NCBI GenBank assembly: GCA_046735395.1
Contig: JBJKQR010000063.1
Span: 13,947-77,946, forward strand
Length of the DNA stretch: 64,000 bases
Direction of reading: 5' to 3'
Source: Fidelibacterota bacterium
GTDB lineage: Bacteria; Fidelibacterota; Fidelibacteria; Fidelibacterales; DSDE01
The translations under genes and the position numbers were made by a program. Below the pieces are notes generated by a model that had not been told where the DNA came from, made no database searches, and saw only the letters and a program-made list of their open reading frames with translations. Below are positions 48,134 to 58,656 of the stretch, piece after piece; positions within the stretch are counted from its first letter, which is position 1, and every line of letters begins with the position of its first letter.

Positions 48134-49171
48134 TTATGTCTGTGGTTCCTGTTGCAGCGGAAGCTTTTCGAGGTTTTTTTGCAGTAGGTCCAGCTTCCCG
48201 TTAATCTCCTGTGTCAGATTATGTCTTGCAAAGCGCTCTGCCGACAGCAGTGCATTTCTCAGCGCCAGTGCGGACGAATGTCCGTGAGCCTTGACACTGA
48301 TCCCGTCTACTCCCAATAACGGGGCTCCGCCATATTCTTCGTAATTCAAATCCTGTTTAATCTTTCTGAATGACCCTTTCAGCATCAGGCCGCCCAGTTT
48401 GGCCAGGGTGCTTCCCGAAACCTGCTTCTTCAGCTGAGACAGAAAGAACTCAAAGACAGATTCGCCGAATTTGATGAGAATATTCCCGACAAACCCATCG
48501 CTGATAACCACATCTGCCGCACCTTTCAGCACGCGATTGCCTTCCACATTCCCGATAAAATTCGGCATGGTCTTTTCGAGAAGCTCAAAAGTGCTTCGGT
48601 CAAAATGACTGCCCTTGAATGCTTCTTCTCCGATATTCAGCAAACCCACACTGGGATTTTTCCGCTTCAGCAGAATTTCAGCATAGGTTGCAGCCATAAA
48701 TCCGTTCTGAAGCAGATCCAGAGGTTTGGGTGACGGATTTGCGCCAACATCACAGAGGATACATCCGCCTTTTTCCGTAGGGATATACGCAGCCAGCGCG
48801 GGCCTGTGAACAGTGGCCAGACGACCCAGTGTCAGCAGCGAGGCAGACATGAGCGCACCGGTATTTCCTGCAGAAACAAAGGCATCTCCGGCTCCGGCCT
48901 TCAGATCCTTAATTCCCCGGACCAGTGAACTGTCACTTTTCTTCCTGATGGCAATAAGCGGCGCTTCATGCATGGAAATGGCTTCGCTGCAGTGAACAAT
49001 CTGCAGGCGGTCCGAAACGCCGGAGAACTTTTTCAGCTCATTACTCACGGCTGTCTCATCACCGTATAAAGAGATGATGAGGTCGGAACGCATGTTTAAA
49101 GCCTGCACGGCTCCGGCTACTGTTACCTCGGGGGCAAAATCGCCCCCCATGGCATCAAGCAGGATTTTCAT
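48134..49171 (-). CDS. plsX: Phosphate acyltransferase
   Basis: Motifs DAMGGD.AP, SAGNTGA, DGFVGN and GAPLLG. Confidence 0.96.
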   Translation of the reverse strand: MKILLDAMGGDFAPEVTVAGAVQALNMRSDLIISLYGDETAVSNELKKFSGVSDRLQIVHCSEAISMHEAPLIAIRKKSDSSLVRGIKDLKAGAGDAFVSAGNTGALMSASLLTLGRLATVHRPALAAYIPTEKGGCILCDVGANPSPKPLDLLQNGFMAATYAEILLKRKNPSVGLLNIGEEAFKGSHFDRSTFELLEKTMPNFIGNVEGNRVLKGAADVVISDGFVGNILIKFGESVFEFFLSQLKKQVSGSTLAKLGGLMLKGSFRKIKQDLNYEEYGGAPLLGVDGISVKAHGHSSALALRNALLSAERFARHNLTQEINGKLDLLQKNLEKLPLQQEPQT

Positions 49172-49190
49172 ATTTCAAAAGACAGGTAAA

Positions 49191-49373
49191 TTAGTTTTCT
49201 TTCGGTGTAATTACCGGTCGGCCATTGTAGTATCCGCAGTTCGGACATACATGATGGGGCAGCTTGGGCTGATTACAGTGTGAGCAGGTCACCACCGTCG
49301 GCGCTGTAAACGTATAATGAGTTCTTCTCTTCGCACCCCGGGAATGAGAATGTCTCCGTTTAGGATTCGGCAT
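49191..49373 (-). CDS. rpmF: 50S ribosomal protein L32
   Basis: MPNPKRRHS..R..KRR with a CxxC...CxxC zinc ribbon. Confidence 0.96.
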   Translation of the reverse strand: MPNPKRRHSHSRGAKRRTHYTFTAPTVVTCSHCNQPKLPHHVCPNCGYYNGRPVITPKEN

Positions 49374-49388
49374 TTATAAACCTCCGTT

Positions 49389-49895
49389 TTAATTTAGATT
49401 CTTTTTGAGTTCATTCAGAGCAGCCCATCGCGGATCAATGCGATCATCTTCATGCTGGCACTGTTCATAGTTCTGGTTCGCCCCGCAAATCGTACAAAGT
49501 CCTTTGCATTCGGGCCGACAGCGTTTCTGTATGGGAATTTCCAGAAGAAACAGATCCTTGAAAAAATCACTGAAGTCAATCTGTATATCATTTTTCCCAA
49601 TCTGCATGACATCAACCTCTTCACTCTGTTCCGGGCCCTCTTCATTTTCTCCGCACTTCACATAGAGATCGAATGAATGATGCACCGGGAGATCATAGTC
49701 CTCGAGGCAGATATCACAGCGCAGACTGAGTTTTCCTTCCACATATCCATGACAGAAATAATTTTCACCTACGCTGTATGCCGTGACAAGTGCTGAAGCC
49801 GGAGAAACCAGCTCCGGGATATCCAGATCCACATCCCGGATGCTGAATTCGAAGTTTTTTTCTGTGGACGTAATATGTGATCTTAGCACTTTCAT
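49389..49895 (-). CDS. yceD: DUF177/YceD family protein
   Basis: CDICL, C..ECKGLC..CG.N and DPRW..L; located upstream of rpmF. Confidence 0.9.
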   Translation of the reverse strand: MKVLRSHITSTEKNFEFSIRDVDLDIPELVSPASALVTAYSVGENYFCHGYVEGKLSLRCDICLEDYDLPVHHSFDLYVKCGENEEGPEQSEEVDVMQIGKNDIQIDFSDFFKDLFLLEIPIQKRCRPECKGLCTICGANQNYEQCQHEDDRIDPRWAALNELKKNLN

Positions 49896-49906
49896 TTTAG
49901 CTTGCC

Positions 49907-49935
49907 AATTTAATGCTTTGCATGGATTTAGTCAA
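49907..49935 (-). promoter_or_regulatory. Predicted promoter of the yceD-rpmF-fab operon
   Basis: TTGACT-17 nt-TAAATT on the minus strand. Confidence 0.6.
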
Positions 49936-49988
49936 GCTGTTAGTAAACAGGCCCAGGTGATATTTTCACTTTAAAAAAACGGAGCGGA

Positions 49989-50861
49989 TCAGCTGTCTTC
50001 GCGGACGTTATCGATCCAGCAGGGCTTTCCTGTTTTCGTTTTAATCTGGTTCATCAATGCCCGTGCATCCTGCTTGGAACTGAAATTCCCGGCCCGGACA
50101 CGGTACCAGAGTTCATCGCTGTCCTTGAAATATGCCCGCTGTATTTCGGCATCAATTCCGGCCTTTTTCAGAGCATCCAGATCTTTCTTTGCCCGTTCAT
50201 AGGTCCGGAAACTGCTGATCTGTACAGTAAATTTTGATTTGATTTTAGGAATACTGTTGGCCAGGTCCACACCGGATCCCGGCTTTGCTGCCGTCTTGGT
50301 GGTTGCGGTACGAGCCGAGGTCTTGACGGCGTTTTCAGGAACTTCCTTCCATGCCGGTGCAGGTTTCGGAGTCTTCACGGCATCAGCAGTGGTTTCACTG
50401 GGAACTACCGGTACCGGTGTCACGGCTTCAGGCGTCTGTTCAGCCTGTTCCGTGGCCTGATTTCCGAATCTGTTAGCCATATCGCTGTTATCCTCCGCGG
50501 CCGGACTTTCTTCAGCCGGTTTTTCCGGAAGAGGTTCTCCGGTAACATCATAGGCGAAGGTCTCATTGTATTCTTTGCCGTCCACATCGATCATGGCGAC
50601 AATCACTTCATAATCTCCAGGAACATCCGGGACAAAAGAGACCGCTTCAGCATCATCCGAGGGCAGAAAATCCCGTGGATCCAGCTTCGAATCGGATGGC
50701 TTCGTCTTAAATGCCCATAAATACTTCGTAATGTTTTCACTCGTCTTTTTGACGGTAATGTCTATGGCCTGACCAACCGCTCCGCTTTGTTTCTTGGAGC
50801 AGGACAAGGTAATAACGATGGTCATGAACATGACAAGCAAAGCAAGCAGATATCTCTTCAT
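49989..50861 (-). CDS. SPOR domain lipoprotein with an N-terminal Ig/PKD-like domain and a P/A/T-rich linker
   Basis: Lipobox TLSC; SPOR motifs FTVQISSF and WYRVRAG.F. Confidence 0.82.
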   Translation of the reverse strand: MKRYLLALLVMFMTIVITLSCSKKQSGAVGQAIDITVKKTSENITKYLWAFKTKPSDSKLDPRDFLPSDDAEAVSFVPDVPGDYEVIVAMIDVDGKEYNETFAYDVTGEPLPEKPAEESPAAEDNSDMANRFGNQATEQAEQTPEAVTPVPVVPSETTADAVKTPKPAPAWKEVPENAVKTSARTATTKTAAKPGSGVDLANSIPKIKSKFTVQISSFRTYERAKKDLDALKKAGIDAEIQRAYFKDSDELWYRVRAGNFSSKQDARALMNQIKTKTGKPCWIDNVREDS

Positions 50862-50882
50862 TTTCGATCCTCCAGACTATAG

Positions 50883-51314
50883 TTAGCCTTTGTTTGCGAT
50901 AATCTCCTGATTTGCAAAGAAAAATGCAATCTCTTTCTCAGCATTTTCATCACTATCAGAACCATGAACCGCATTACGCCCCTTACTTTCCGCGTACAAT
51001 TTGCGAATAGTACCGGATTCAGCCTCTGCGGGATCCGTGGCTCCGATGACTCTGCGCCATTCAGATACAGCATTTTCCTTCTTCAGGGCCAGAACCACCG
51101 ACGGACCGCTGCTCATGAACTCTACAAGTTCAGCATAAAACGGTCTTGCAGCATGGACTTCGTAAAATCCTTCTGCGGCTGTCCGGCTCATCCACGTATA
51201 TTTCATGGCCAGGAGTTCAAATCCTGCGCCAAGTAGATGGTCAATTATTTTACCTGTATAGCCGTTGGCAACGGCATCCGGTTTGATCATTGCAAAAGTT
51301 CTGTCACCACTCAT
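50883..51314 (-). CDS. ndk: Nucleoside diphosphate kinase
   Basis: Motifs RTFAMIKPDAV and NAVHGSDS. Confidence 0.97.
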   Translation of the reverse strand: MSGDRTFAMIKPDAVANGYTGKIIDHLLGAGFELLAMKYTWMSRTAAEGFYEVHAARPFYAELVEFMSSGPSVVLALKKENAVSEWRRVIGATDPAEAESGTIRKLYAESKGRNAVHGSDSDENAEKEIAFFFANQEIIANKG

Positions 51315-51364
51315 ATTCTGTATTCCTGTATTCAGTATCATTACGTTTCGGTTTCAGCCGGGTC

Positions 51365-52234
51365 TCAGCTGAGCACCGCTTTGACCGTCTTTCCGATATC
51401 GGCCGGATTTTTCACCACATTGATCCCGGAATCCTGCAGCGTTTTCATCTTTTCCGCAGCCGTTCCCTTACCGCCGCTGATTATGGCTCCTGCATGTCCC
51501 ATTCTGCGTCCGGGAGGCGCCGTCTGTCCGGCGATGAAGGAAATGATGGGTTTGCTGAAATGTTTCTGAGCCCAATGTGCCGCATCTTCTTCCGCATTTC
51601 CGCCGATTTCACCGATCATGATGACCGCTTCCGTCTGGTCATCCTCCTCGAATAATTTCAGAAGATCAATATAGCTGCTTCCCACAATGGGATCACCACC
51701 GATACCGATGGAGGTGGACTGTCCGTATCCGACGGCCCCCACCTGGGCAACCGCCTCATAGGTCAGTGTTCCCGAGCGGCTGATGATACCGATGCTGCCC
51801 TGCTGATGAATGAAACCGGGCATGATGCCGATCTTTGCCTTTCCGGGGCTGATGATACCGGGACAATTGGGTCCGATGAGCCGGGTCTGGCTCTTTTTCA
51901 GAACCTCGTTCACTTTGATCATATCCTGAACCGGAATTCCTTCCGTAATGCAGATTACCAGATCCACACCGGCCGCGATCGCTTCCAGAATCCCATCCGC
52001 TGCAAAGGGCGGAGGTACGAAGATGACCGATGTGTTTGCACCTTCCTGATCGACCGCTTCCTTTACCGTATTGAATACGGGACGATCCAGATGAATCTGT
52101 CCGCCTTTTCCCGGTGTGACACCTCCCACAACCCGGGTTCCGTACTCGATCATCTGAGAAGCGTGAAAGCTTCCTTCTTTACCGGTAAATCCCTGGACAA
52201 CCAGCCGTGTCTCTTTATCTACCAAAATACTCAT
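51365..52234 (-). CDS. sucD: Succinyl-CoA ligase alpha subunit
   Basis: Motifs [15 protein letters not shown] and MGHAGAI. Confidence 0.98.
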   Translation of the reverse strand: MSILVDKETRLVVQGFTGKEGSFHASQMIEYGTRVVGGVTPGKGGQIHLDRPVFNTVKEAVDQEGANTSVIFVPPPFAADGILEAIAAGVDLVICITEGIPVQDMIKVNEVLKKSQTRLIGPNCPGIISPGKAKIGIMPGFIHQQGSIGIISRSGTLTYEAVAQVGAVGYGQSTSIGIGGDPIVGSSYIDLLKLFEEDDQTEAVIMIGEIGGNAEEDAAHWAQKHFSKPIISFIAGQTAPPGRRMGHAGAIISGGKGTAAEKMKTLQDSGINVVKNPADIGKTVKAVLS

Positions 52235-52252
52235 AATTATAACCTCAATTCT

Positions 52253-53416
52253 TTACTGTTTTACCGATTCAACAGCTTTTCTGGCACCTTCATCGAGACT
52301 GTCGGCAACGATGAATTTCAGATCGGATTCGTTCAGCAATGCTGCAGCCTCAACCGCATTCGTACCGGCCAGACGAACGACTACCGGCACCTTGACTTCA
52401 ATCTGATGCAGCGCATCGATGATTCCCTGAGCGACCCGGTCACAGCGGACAATTCCACCGAAGATATTGATCAGGATCGCCTTCACATTCGGATCTGAAA
52501 CGATGATCTTGAATCCGTTGGCAACGGTTTCCGAATTAGCCACACCGCCCACATCCAGAAAATTCGCAGGTTCACCGCCATAATGCTTGATGATGTCCAT
52601 CGTACCCATCGCCAGTCCGGCGCCATTGACCATACAGCCCACGTTCCCGTCGAGCTTGATATAATTCAGATCATACTTTGCCGCTTCCAGCTCCATGGGG
52701 TCTTCCTCGTTCGGATCGCGGTATTCCACAATATCAGGATGACGGAACAGAGCATTATCATCAAAATTCATCTTGGCATCCAGTGCAAACACGTCCCCTT
52801 CCGCAGTCACAACCATGGGGTTGATTTCGGCAAGGGAGGCATCCGATCCTTCAAAAGCTTTATAGAGCGCCGATAAGAATTTGGACGCGCTCTTGATCTG
52901 TTTTCCTTCAAGTCCCAGGGCAAAGGCCATGGCACGAATCTGAAAGGCCTGCAGTCCCACTGCCGGATCTATGAATTCCTTGACAATTTTTTCGGGAGTT
53001 TCGGCGGCCACCTTTTCAATTTCCATTCCGCCTTCCGTGGAGACCATAAATACATTCCGGCCGCTGGCTCTGTCGGTCACAAGCCCCACATACAGTTCCC
53101 GGGCGATATTCATACCCTGTTCGATTAAAAGTCGCTTGACGATTTTTCCTTCAGGTCCGGTCTGATGTGTCACCAGATTCATTCCCAGCATCTGTTTCGC
53201 AAGTTCCTTGGCTTCAGCAGGCGATTTTGCCAGCTTCACTCCACCGCCCTTGCCACGGCCTCCGGCATGAATCTGAGCCTTCACGACAACAACGGATGTC
53301 CCCAGATCCTTGGCAGCAGCTTCCGCCTCCTCCGGCGAATACACGACTTTCCCATCCGGAACGGCGACGTTATATTTCCGTAATATCTCCTTGGCCTGAT
53401 ATTCGTGAATTTTCAT
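52253..53416 (-). CDS. sucC: Succinyl-CoA ligase beta subunit
   Basis: Motifs [20 protein letters not shown] and NGAGLAM. Confidence 0.98.
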   Translation of the reverse strand: MKIHEYQAKEILRKYNVAVPDGKVVYSPEEAEAAAKDLGTSVVVVKAQIHAGGRGKGGGVKLAKSPAEAKELAKQMLGMNLVTHQTGPEGKIVKRLLIEQGMNIARELYVGLVTDRASGRNVFMVSTEGGMEIEKVAAETPEKIVKEFIDPAVGLQAFQIRAMAFALGLEGKQIKSASKFLSALYKAFEGSDASLAEINPMVVTAEGDVFALDAKMNFDDNALFRHPDIVEYRDPNEEDPMELEAAKYDLNYIKLDGNVGCMVNGAGLAMGTMDIIKHYGGEPANFLDVGGVANSETVANGFKIIVSDPNVKAILINIFGGIVRCDRVAQGIIDALHQIEVKVPVVVRLAGTNAVEAAALLNESDLKFIVADSLDEGARKAVESVKQ

Positions 53417-53456
53417 CTTTTCTCCATTTTATTTAATAACTTCATTTTTCTGAACG

Positions 53457-53487
53457 CAAATTTACACGATCCATTTTTATATTCAAA
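53457..53487 (-). promoter_or_regulatory. Predicted promoter of sucCD
   Basis: TTTG-19 nt-TAAATTTG, matching the Bacteroidota -33/-7 consensus. Confidence 0.6.
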
Positions 53488-53521
53488 ACGAATATTCGTC
53501 CCGGCGGCCTTCTGTGATTAC

Positions 53522-54823
53522 TCAGACGCCTTTCCAGAGAAAGGCACGGAATTCATCATAATCCGGACTGATTTTTTCTGATTTCTTTTCTTGTTCCATA
53601 CACGCCTTCAGAGCGTCGGGAAGTTCGACATCCAGATTCAGCGCCGCGTCAACCGTTCCCTTGAATTTCGCCGGATGAGCGGTTTCCAGAAGCACCGTCG
53701 GCACCCCGGATCCGGTAGATCTGCGATATTCCATGGCGGCCAGGTAGGCCACAGCCCCGTGCGGATCCATGACATATCCGTATTTACCATGGATTTCACG
53801 TATTGCCTCCAGGGTCCGTTCATCCGAAAAGCTGTCCGAATAGACAAATTTTCCGATGGTTTCCGCATCGCTGTCATACAGGCTGAAAATGCGGCGGATA
53901 TTACTGGGATCTCCCACATCCATGGCATTGCTCAGCGTGGCAATGGTCCGGCCGGCTTCATAGCGCCCTGTGGTCAGATAGCGCTTAAAACTGTCATTGG
54001 CATTGAGCGCGGCAATGAAATGCCGGACCGGCAATCCGCTCTCCGAAGCCAGTAACCCGGCCGTCAGATTTCCCAGATTTCCGCTGGGAACCGAAAAAAC
54101 CGGAACCTGCGCTCCCCCCAGCTGTCCGAAAGCAGAAAAATAATACAGCATCTGCGGGAGCAGGCGGGCAATATTGATGGAATTCGCCGAGGATAAAGGC
54201 CGGTGCATTTTGAGTTCGTCATCGAGAAATGCCGTTTTGACCAGACGCTGACAATCGTCAAAGGTACCCGTCACTTCCAGGGCCGTCACATTAGCACCCT
54301 GCGTCGTCAATTGTTTTTCCTGAATTTCAGAGACCATTCCCGAAGGGTACAACAGAACCACACGAATTCCCGGACGCTTGTGAAATGCAGATGCCACGGC
54401 GGACCCCGTGTCTCCGGAGGTGGCGGCCAGTATCGTCAGCTCCCTGTTTTCCCTCGCCGCAAATTCGGACAGAGTCCGGGCCATGAAGCGGGCTCCGAAA
54501 TCCTTGAAGGCCAGGGTCGGCCCGTGAAAAAGCTCCAGCACATACAGGTCATCTCCCAGCGCAACCAGCGGAGAATCGAAAGTGAAAACTTCCTCGATGA
54601 TATCATCAAAGGTGCCGTCATCCAAAACCGCAGTGCAGTATGGGCGCAGGATTGACCGAGCCATATCCCTGATACCAAGGTCCGGAAGCTTTGTGATCAG
54701 CTCTGCATCGAGCGGTACAATATGTTCCGGCATGTAGAGACCCCCGTCATCCGCCATACCGTAAAGCACAGCTTCCCGAAAGGTGACGGGTTTGCTCTTC
54801 CCGGCCGTACTGAAAAACTTCAT
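53522..54823 (-). CDS. thrC: Threonine synthase
   Basis: Motifs LELFHGPTLAFKDFG, ATSGDTG and VPSGN.GN. Confidence 0.97.
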   Translation of the reverse strand: MKFFSTAGKSKPVTFREAVLYGMADDGGLYMPEHIVPLDAELITKLPDLGIRDMARSILRPYCTAVLDDGTFDDIIEEVFTFDSPLVALGDDLYVLELFHGPTLAFKDFGARFMARTLSEFAARENRELTILAATSGDTGSAVASAFHKRPGIRVVLLYPSGMVSEIQEKQLTTQGANVTALEVTGTFDDCQRLVKTAFLDDELKMHRPLSSANSINIARLLPQMLYYFSAFGQLGGAQVPVFSVPSGNLGNLTAGLLASESGLPVRHFIAALNANDSFKRYLTTGRYEAGRTIATLSNAMDVGDPSNIRRIFSLYDSDAETIGKFVYSDSFSDERTLEAIREIHGKYGYVMDPHGAVAYLAAMEYRRSTGSGVPTVLLETAHPAKFKGTVDAALNLDVELPDALKACMEQEKKSEKISPDYDEFRAFLWKGV

Positions 54824-54867
54824 GTGTCTATAATCCTTCCATCATCATAATTTTATCCGGAATCAGC

Positions 54868-55809
54868 CTAGTGACTTTCCAGTATCACCGGCCCCCGGCC
54901 ATTGATCGGGGACACAAATACATCCGCATCGTGGCCGGCTGCCCGGTACAGGCGTCCCGCTTTCTCCCCGAATTCTCCGGCCTGATCCAGGCTGCGGCAC
55001 AACGTGAACAGCGATGGCCCGGATCCGGAGATTCCGCTTCCCAGGCAATTCATCTCCGCGGCCAGCGCCCTGATCTCATTATACAGGGGGATAAAGGGTG
55101 ACCGAAGCGGTTCCACTATGAAATCATTCAGGCTGGCGGCGATGAGATCCGGATCCTTCCGCTCAAATCCCGCGACCAGCGCCGCGATATTTCCCCATTG
55201 GCGGACAGCCAGGGAAAGCGGAATATTTTCCGGAAGCAATTTTCTCATATCCGAGGTCTTCAATTCAATATGCGGATGGGTCACGCAGACAGCCAGTTCA
55301 TCAGGATAGGCCAGTGAAACGATATGCAGAGGTTCCAGCGAACGGACAAGCGAGACACCTCCGAACAGAGAAGCGGCCACATTATCCGCATGTACTTTCC
55401 CGGCGGACGTGAGCGCTTCACCCACCAGCGCGTGAGTCAGGAGTTTGTGTTTATCCGGATCAATCCCTATCAGTTCGCTGAAAGCCCGGACGCCTCCGGC
55501 TGCAGAAGCGGCCGAAGAGCCCATTCCCGTCCCCAGAGCCATTTTTTTATGCAGAATTATGTCACAGCCGCCCGACCAGCCGACCGCATCAGCCAGAGAC
55601 TGAATGGCCAGGCTGCAGGTATTTTTCCGGGTCTCCGTGGGTAATGCCCCGCCATCACCATGAATTGAGCGGATACGAATTCCCGCTTCTGTGCTGCGGA
55701 ACAGTTCAATTTCATCACCGGGCGCATCCAGCGCGAAACCCATCACGTCGAAGCCACACCCGATATTGGTTACCGTGGCCGGTGCAAAGACACGTACATA
55801 CTCTTTCAT
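54868..55809 (-). CDS. thrB: Homoserine kinase
   Basis: Motifs APAT..N.G.GFD, G.GMGSSAAS, HADN and SGSGP. Confidence 0.95.
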   Translation of the reverse strand: MKEYVRVFAPATVTNIGCGFDVMGFALDAPGDEIELFRSTEAGIRIRSIHGDGGALPTETRKNTCSLAIQSLADAVGWSGGCDIILHKKMALGTGMGSSAASAAGGVRAFSELIGIDPDKHKLLTHALVGEALTSAGKVHADNVAASLFGGVSLVRSLEPLHIVSLAYPDELAVCVTHPHIELKTSDMRKLLPENIPLSLAVRQWGNIAALVAGFERKDPDLIAASLNDFIVEPLRSPFIPLYNEIRALAAEMNCLGSGISGSGPSLFTLCRSLDQAGEFGEKAGRLYRAAGHDADVFVSPINGRGPVILESH

Positions 55810-58265
55810 CCCGGACACCCTGCCTTCATCAGAGAAATGGCGGCCAGGCAATCGCTGAAAACAGCCGAAGCAGTGACATCGCCGCCGGCTCCCGGGCCCT
55901 GAATCACCAGCGGATTTTCCGAATAATACCGGGAACTGATGCATATCAGGTTATCCGTTCCCCGCAGATGGAAAAAGGGTGAATCGGACGTCACTTCACG
56001 TAGCGAGATAGTGATGCCGGTCTTCGAAATTTCAGCGATATAACGCAGACGTTTTCCCTTCTGCGCAGCCTTGTGCAGGCGTTCGGCAAAAACCGGATCG
56101 AAGCCGGGCAAGGCGGTCATAAACGCGTCCTGATCCGCAGCCTTCATCATCTCATCGGGAAGAATGCTTTCCTGCCGGATTTGTGCAAGATCCAGTTCGA
56201 AACCCAGTTCTCTCGCAATAATCAGAGCCTTTCGGGCCATATCCAGGCCGTTCAGATCTTCGCGGGGATCGCTTTCCGTATAGCCCAGGCGTTTTGCTTC
56301 TTTCACAGCCTCACTGAAAGTGAAGCTATCGCTGACGGCATTGAAGATATAGGCCAGCGTCCCGGACAGCAGCGCTTCGATTCGCTGAACCGTATCCCCC
56401 GAAGCGATGAGTTTGCGCAGGGTGGACATTACCGGCAGCCCCGCCCCCACGTTTGCCTCATAGTATAGGGAGGTATGATTCGCGTCTGCAGTCTCCTTCA
56501 GTCGGCGAAAACCGTCTCCGTCGGCTGACATGGCTGTCTTGTTGGCCGTAACCACTGCGATTCCGCGTGATAACAGCCGTTCGTAACCGGGGCTGAAGGC
56601 TTCCCCCCAGCTGCAGTCGACAAATACAGCCCTGCGGGATTTTTCCGCCGCGGCCATGAATTGATCCGCATTGGCTGTTTTCCCCTCTCCGGCCAGACGG
56701 TCCGGAAGCTCCGAGAATCCGCTGCCCTCGGGAAATAAAATCATTTTTCGGGAATTCATAATTCCACCGGGCCGTATCCGCGAATCACCGCTACGGTCCA
56801 CATAACTCTGGACCTGGCGGCACAGAGAGCGGGACACATGGCCGGCGCCGCCGATAAAGATATAAATGGAATGATCCTCAACAAAAAAGGTGGCATGAAG
56901 AATATTGAGGGCCTTGACTTCATCGCGGGCCGATACGACGATGGAAATATTGAGTTCGCTTGCTCCCTGGGCAATAGCGACAATATTCACATCCTCCTCT
57001 CCCAGTGCGCGGAAGACCTGTCCGGCAATTCCGGGCGTCTTCTTCATATTTTCACCGACAATGGCGATAATGGACAGATCCTTTTCAATCTGAATATCCG
57101 AGACCAGCTTATCATGTAATTCCAGCCTGAGTTCTGCCTGAAGTTCTTTCCGGGCAGCCTCGGCGCACCGCGGTTCGACCGCAAAGCAGATGGAGTGTTC
57201 GGAGCTGGCCTGGGTGATGAGAATGACATTGATATCCTTCCGCGCCAGGGCCGTGAAGATTCGTTTCGCCACACCGGCCACCCCGACCATACCGCTCCCC
57301 ATCACACTGATCAGGGCAATTTTGTCAATAGAGGAAATACCTTTGATCGACCTGGCTGTGGGCAGCCCTTCACGGCTGATCAGGGTTCCGGGAGCATCCG
57401 GATTGAAGGTATTCTTGATGAGAATGGGGATATCGGCATCGAGAGCCGGCTGCATGGTAGCAGGATGAATGACCTTAGCGCCGAAATGTGACAGTTCCAT
57501 CGCTTCGTCATAGGTCAGGCTTTTGAGCAGAAATGCGTTCTTCACTTTCCGGGGATCGGCCGCCATGACGCCGTCCACATCAGTCCAGATTTCCACCACA
57601 TCTGCATCCAGGGCTGCGGCAAAAATGGATGCGGTAAAATCGGATCCGCTGCGTCCCAGCGTTGTGGTTTCTCCATCCGGGGTCGAAGCAATGAAACCGG
57701 TGATGATCTGAGTCCGGCCCTGTTCCTGGAAATAACTGCGGATGGCATCCCGGCTGGCAGGAAAATCAATGCGGGCCTGGCCGAAGGCGCTGTCCGTCCG
57801 CAGCACTTTCCGCGCGTCCAGATACGCCGCGGAAAAATCCCGATCCTGAAGAGCCTCCGATATAATGTAGGCCGACAGCCGTTCTCCGAAACTCATGACC
57901 ACATCCAGAGTTCTCGGAGTCAGTTCCCGGGTGAGAAAAATTCCCTGCAGAATATTTGACAGCTCGTCCAGTTTACGTCCCAGACGAGTCCTGGCTTCCT
58001 TGCCATTCCGGGCAACCAGCGTCCCCAGTATTTCTTCGTGATCGCTGCGAATTGCAGCAAGAAGCTGTCTGTACCCCTCATCGCCCTTCCGTGCGGATGT
58101 GGCCGCGGCAATCAGCCGATCGGTCATCCCCTGGAATGCGGATACCACCACATGAGTCCGTGGCCCCTTTTGCGCAGAATCCCGAATGATGTCCATGACA
58201 GAGGAAATCCGCTCACTGTTACCCACAGAGGATCCCCCGAATTTCAATATTTTCACGTGTTCCAT
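55806..58265 (-). CDS. thrA: Bifunctional aspartate kinase/homoserine dehydrogenase
   Basis: KFGGSS, LGR.GSD, ACT repeats (QASSEHS, AQGASE), VTANK, VGAGLP and GAG..VTA. Confidence 0.96.
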   Translation of the reverse strand: MEHVKILKFGGSSVGNSERISSVMDIIRDSAQKGPRTHVVVSAFQGMTDRLIAAATSARKGDEGYRQLLAAIRSDHEEILGTLVARNGKEARTRLGRKLDELSNILQGIFLTRELTPRTLDVVMSFGERLSAYIISEALQDRDFSAAYLDARKVLRTDSAFGQARIDFPASRDAIRSYFQEQGRTQIITGFIASTPDGETTTLGRSGSDFTASIFAAALDADVVEIWTDVDGVMAADPRKVKNAFLLKSLTYDEAMELSHFGAKVIHPATMQPALDADIPILIKNTFNPDAPGTLISREGLPTARSIKGISSIDKIALISVMGSGMVGVAGVAKRIFTALARKDINVILITQASSEHSICFAVEPRCAEAARKELQAELRLELHDKLVSDIQIEKDLSIIAIVGENMKKTPGIAGQVFRALGEEDVNIVAIAQGASELNISIVVSARDEVKALNILHATFFVEDHSIYIFIGGAGHVSRSLCRQVQSYVDRSGDSRIRPGGIMNSRKMILFPEGSGFSELPDRLAGEGKTANADQFMAAAEKSRRAVFVDCSWGEAFSPGYERLLSRGIAVVTANKTAMSADGDGFRRLKETADANHTSLYYEANVGAGLPVMSTLRKLIASGDTVQRIEALLSGTLAYIFNAVSDSFTFSEAVKEAKRLGYTESDPREDLNGLDMARKALIIARELGFELDLAQIRQESILPDEMMKAADQDAFMTALPGFDPVFAERLHKAAQKGKRLRYIAEISKTGITISLREVTSDSPFFHLRGTDNLICISSRYYSENPLVIQGPGAGGDVTASAVFSDCLAAISLMKAGCPG

Positions 58266-58292
58266 TATCTGTTCCAATTTTTTTCCCGGTTT

Positions 58293-58323
58293 CAAAGATA
58301 AGCGGCTTTTTTATTATATCAAA
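58293..58323 (-). promoter_or_regulatory. Predicted promoter of thrABC
   Basis: TTTG-19 nt-TATCTTTG. Confidence 0.6.
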
Positions 58324-58581
58324 CGCCCTTTTACAGCTTCTTCGTATTTTTCATCACAGTCTGTCCCCGGCATCCTGATCCGAAGCAATCAAGACTGGAT
58401 GGGAAATCCCGCCCCGGCCCGCACAAACAAAGCCGTAAACAGGGCAGAAATCTACCCTGTACGCAGTATTTTCACCTATCACGCTGAGAGAAAGGACTCA
58501 CAAAGCAGCACTATGCAGAAAACAGGCCGGATCATCATAGTAAATAATTAAATAATACCTGTTCATAAATCAGTTTTTTCC

Positions 58582-58648
58582 TTGCATAATAGGGGGCATT
58601 ATCATATTATTGTGTTGAATTGTGGGAGATTATCCCATAAACGGGGCC
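58582..58648 (+). promoter_or_regulatory. Predicted mraZ/dcw promoter and candidate MraZ boxes
   Basis: TTGCAT-17 nt-TATTAT followed by GTGTTG and GTGGGA 10 bp apart. Confidence 0.55.
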
Positions 58649-58656
58649 AAAGGAAC

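Noticed and set aside
58266..58580. Thr attenuator, T-box or riboswitch upstream of thrA
   Set aside because: No Thr/Ile-rich leader peptide or T-box motif, and the predicted promoter lies only about 30 bp from the start codon.
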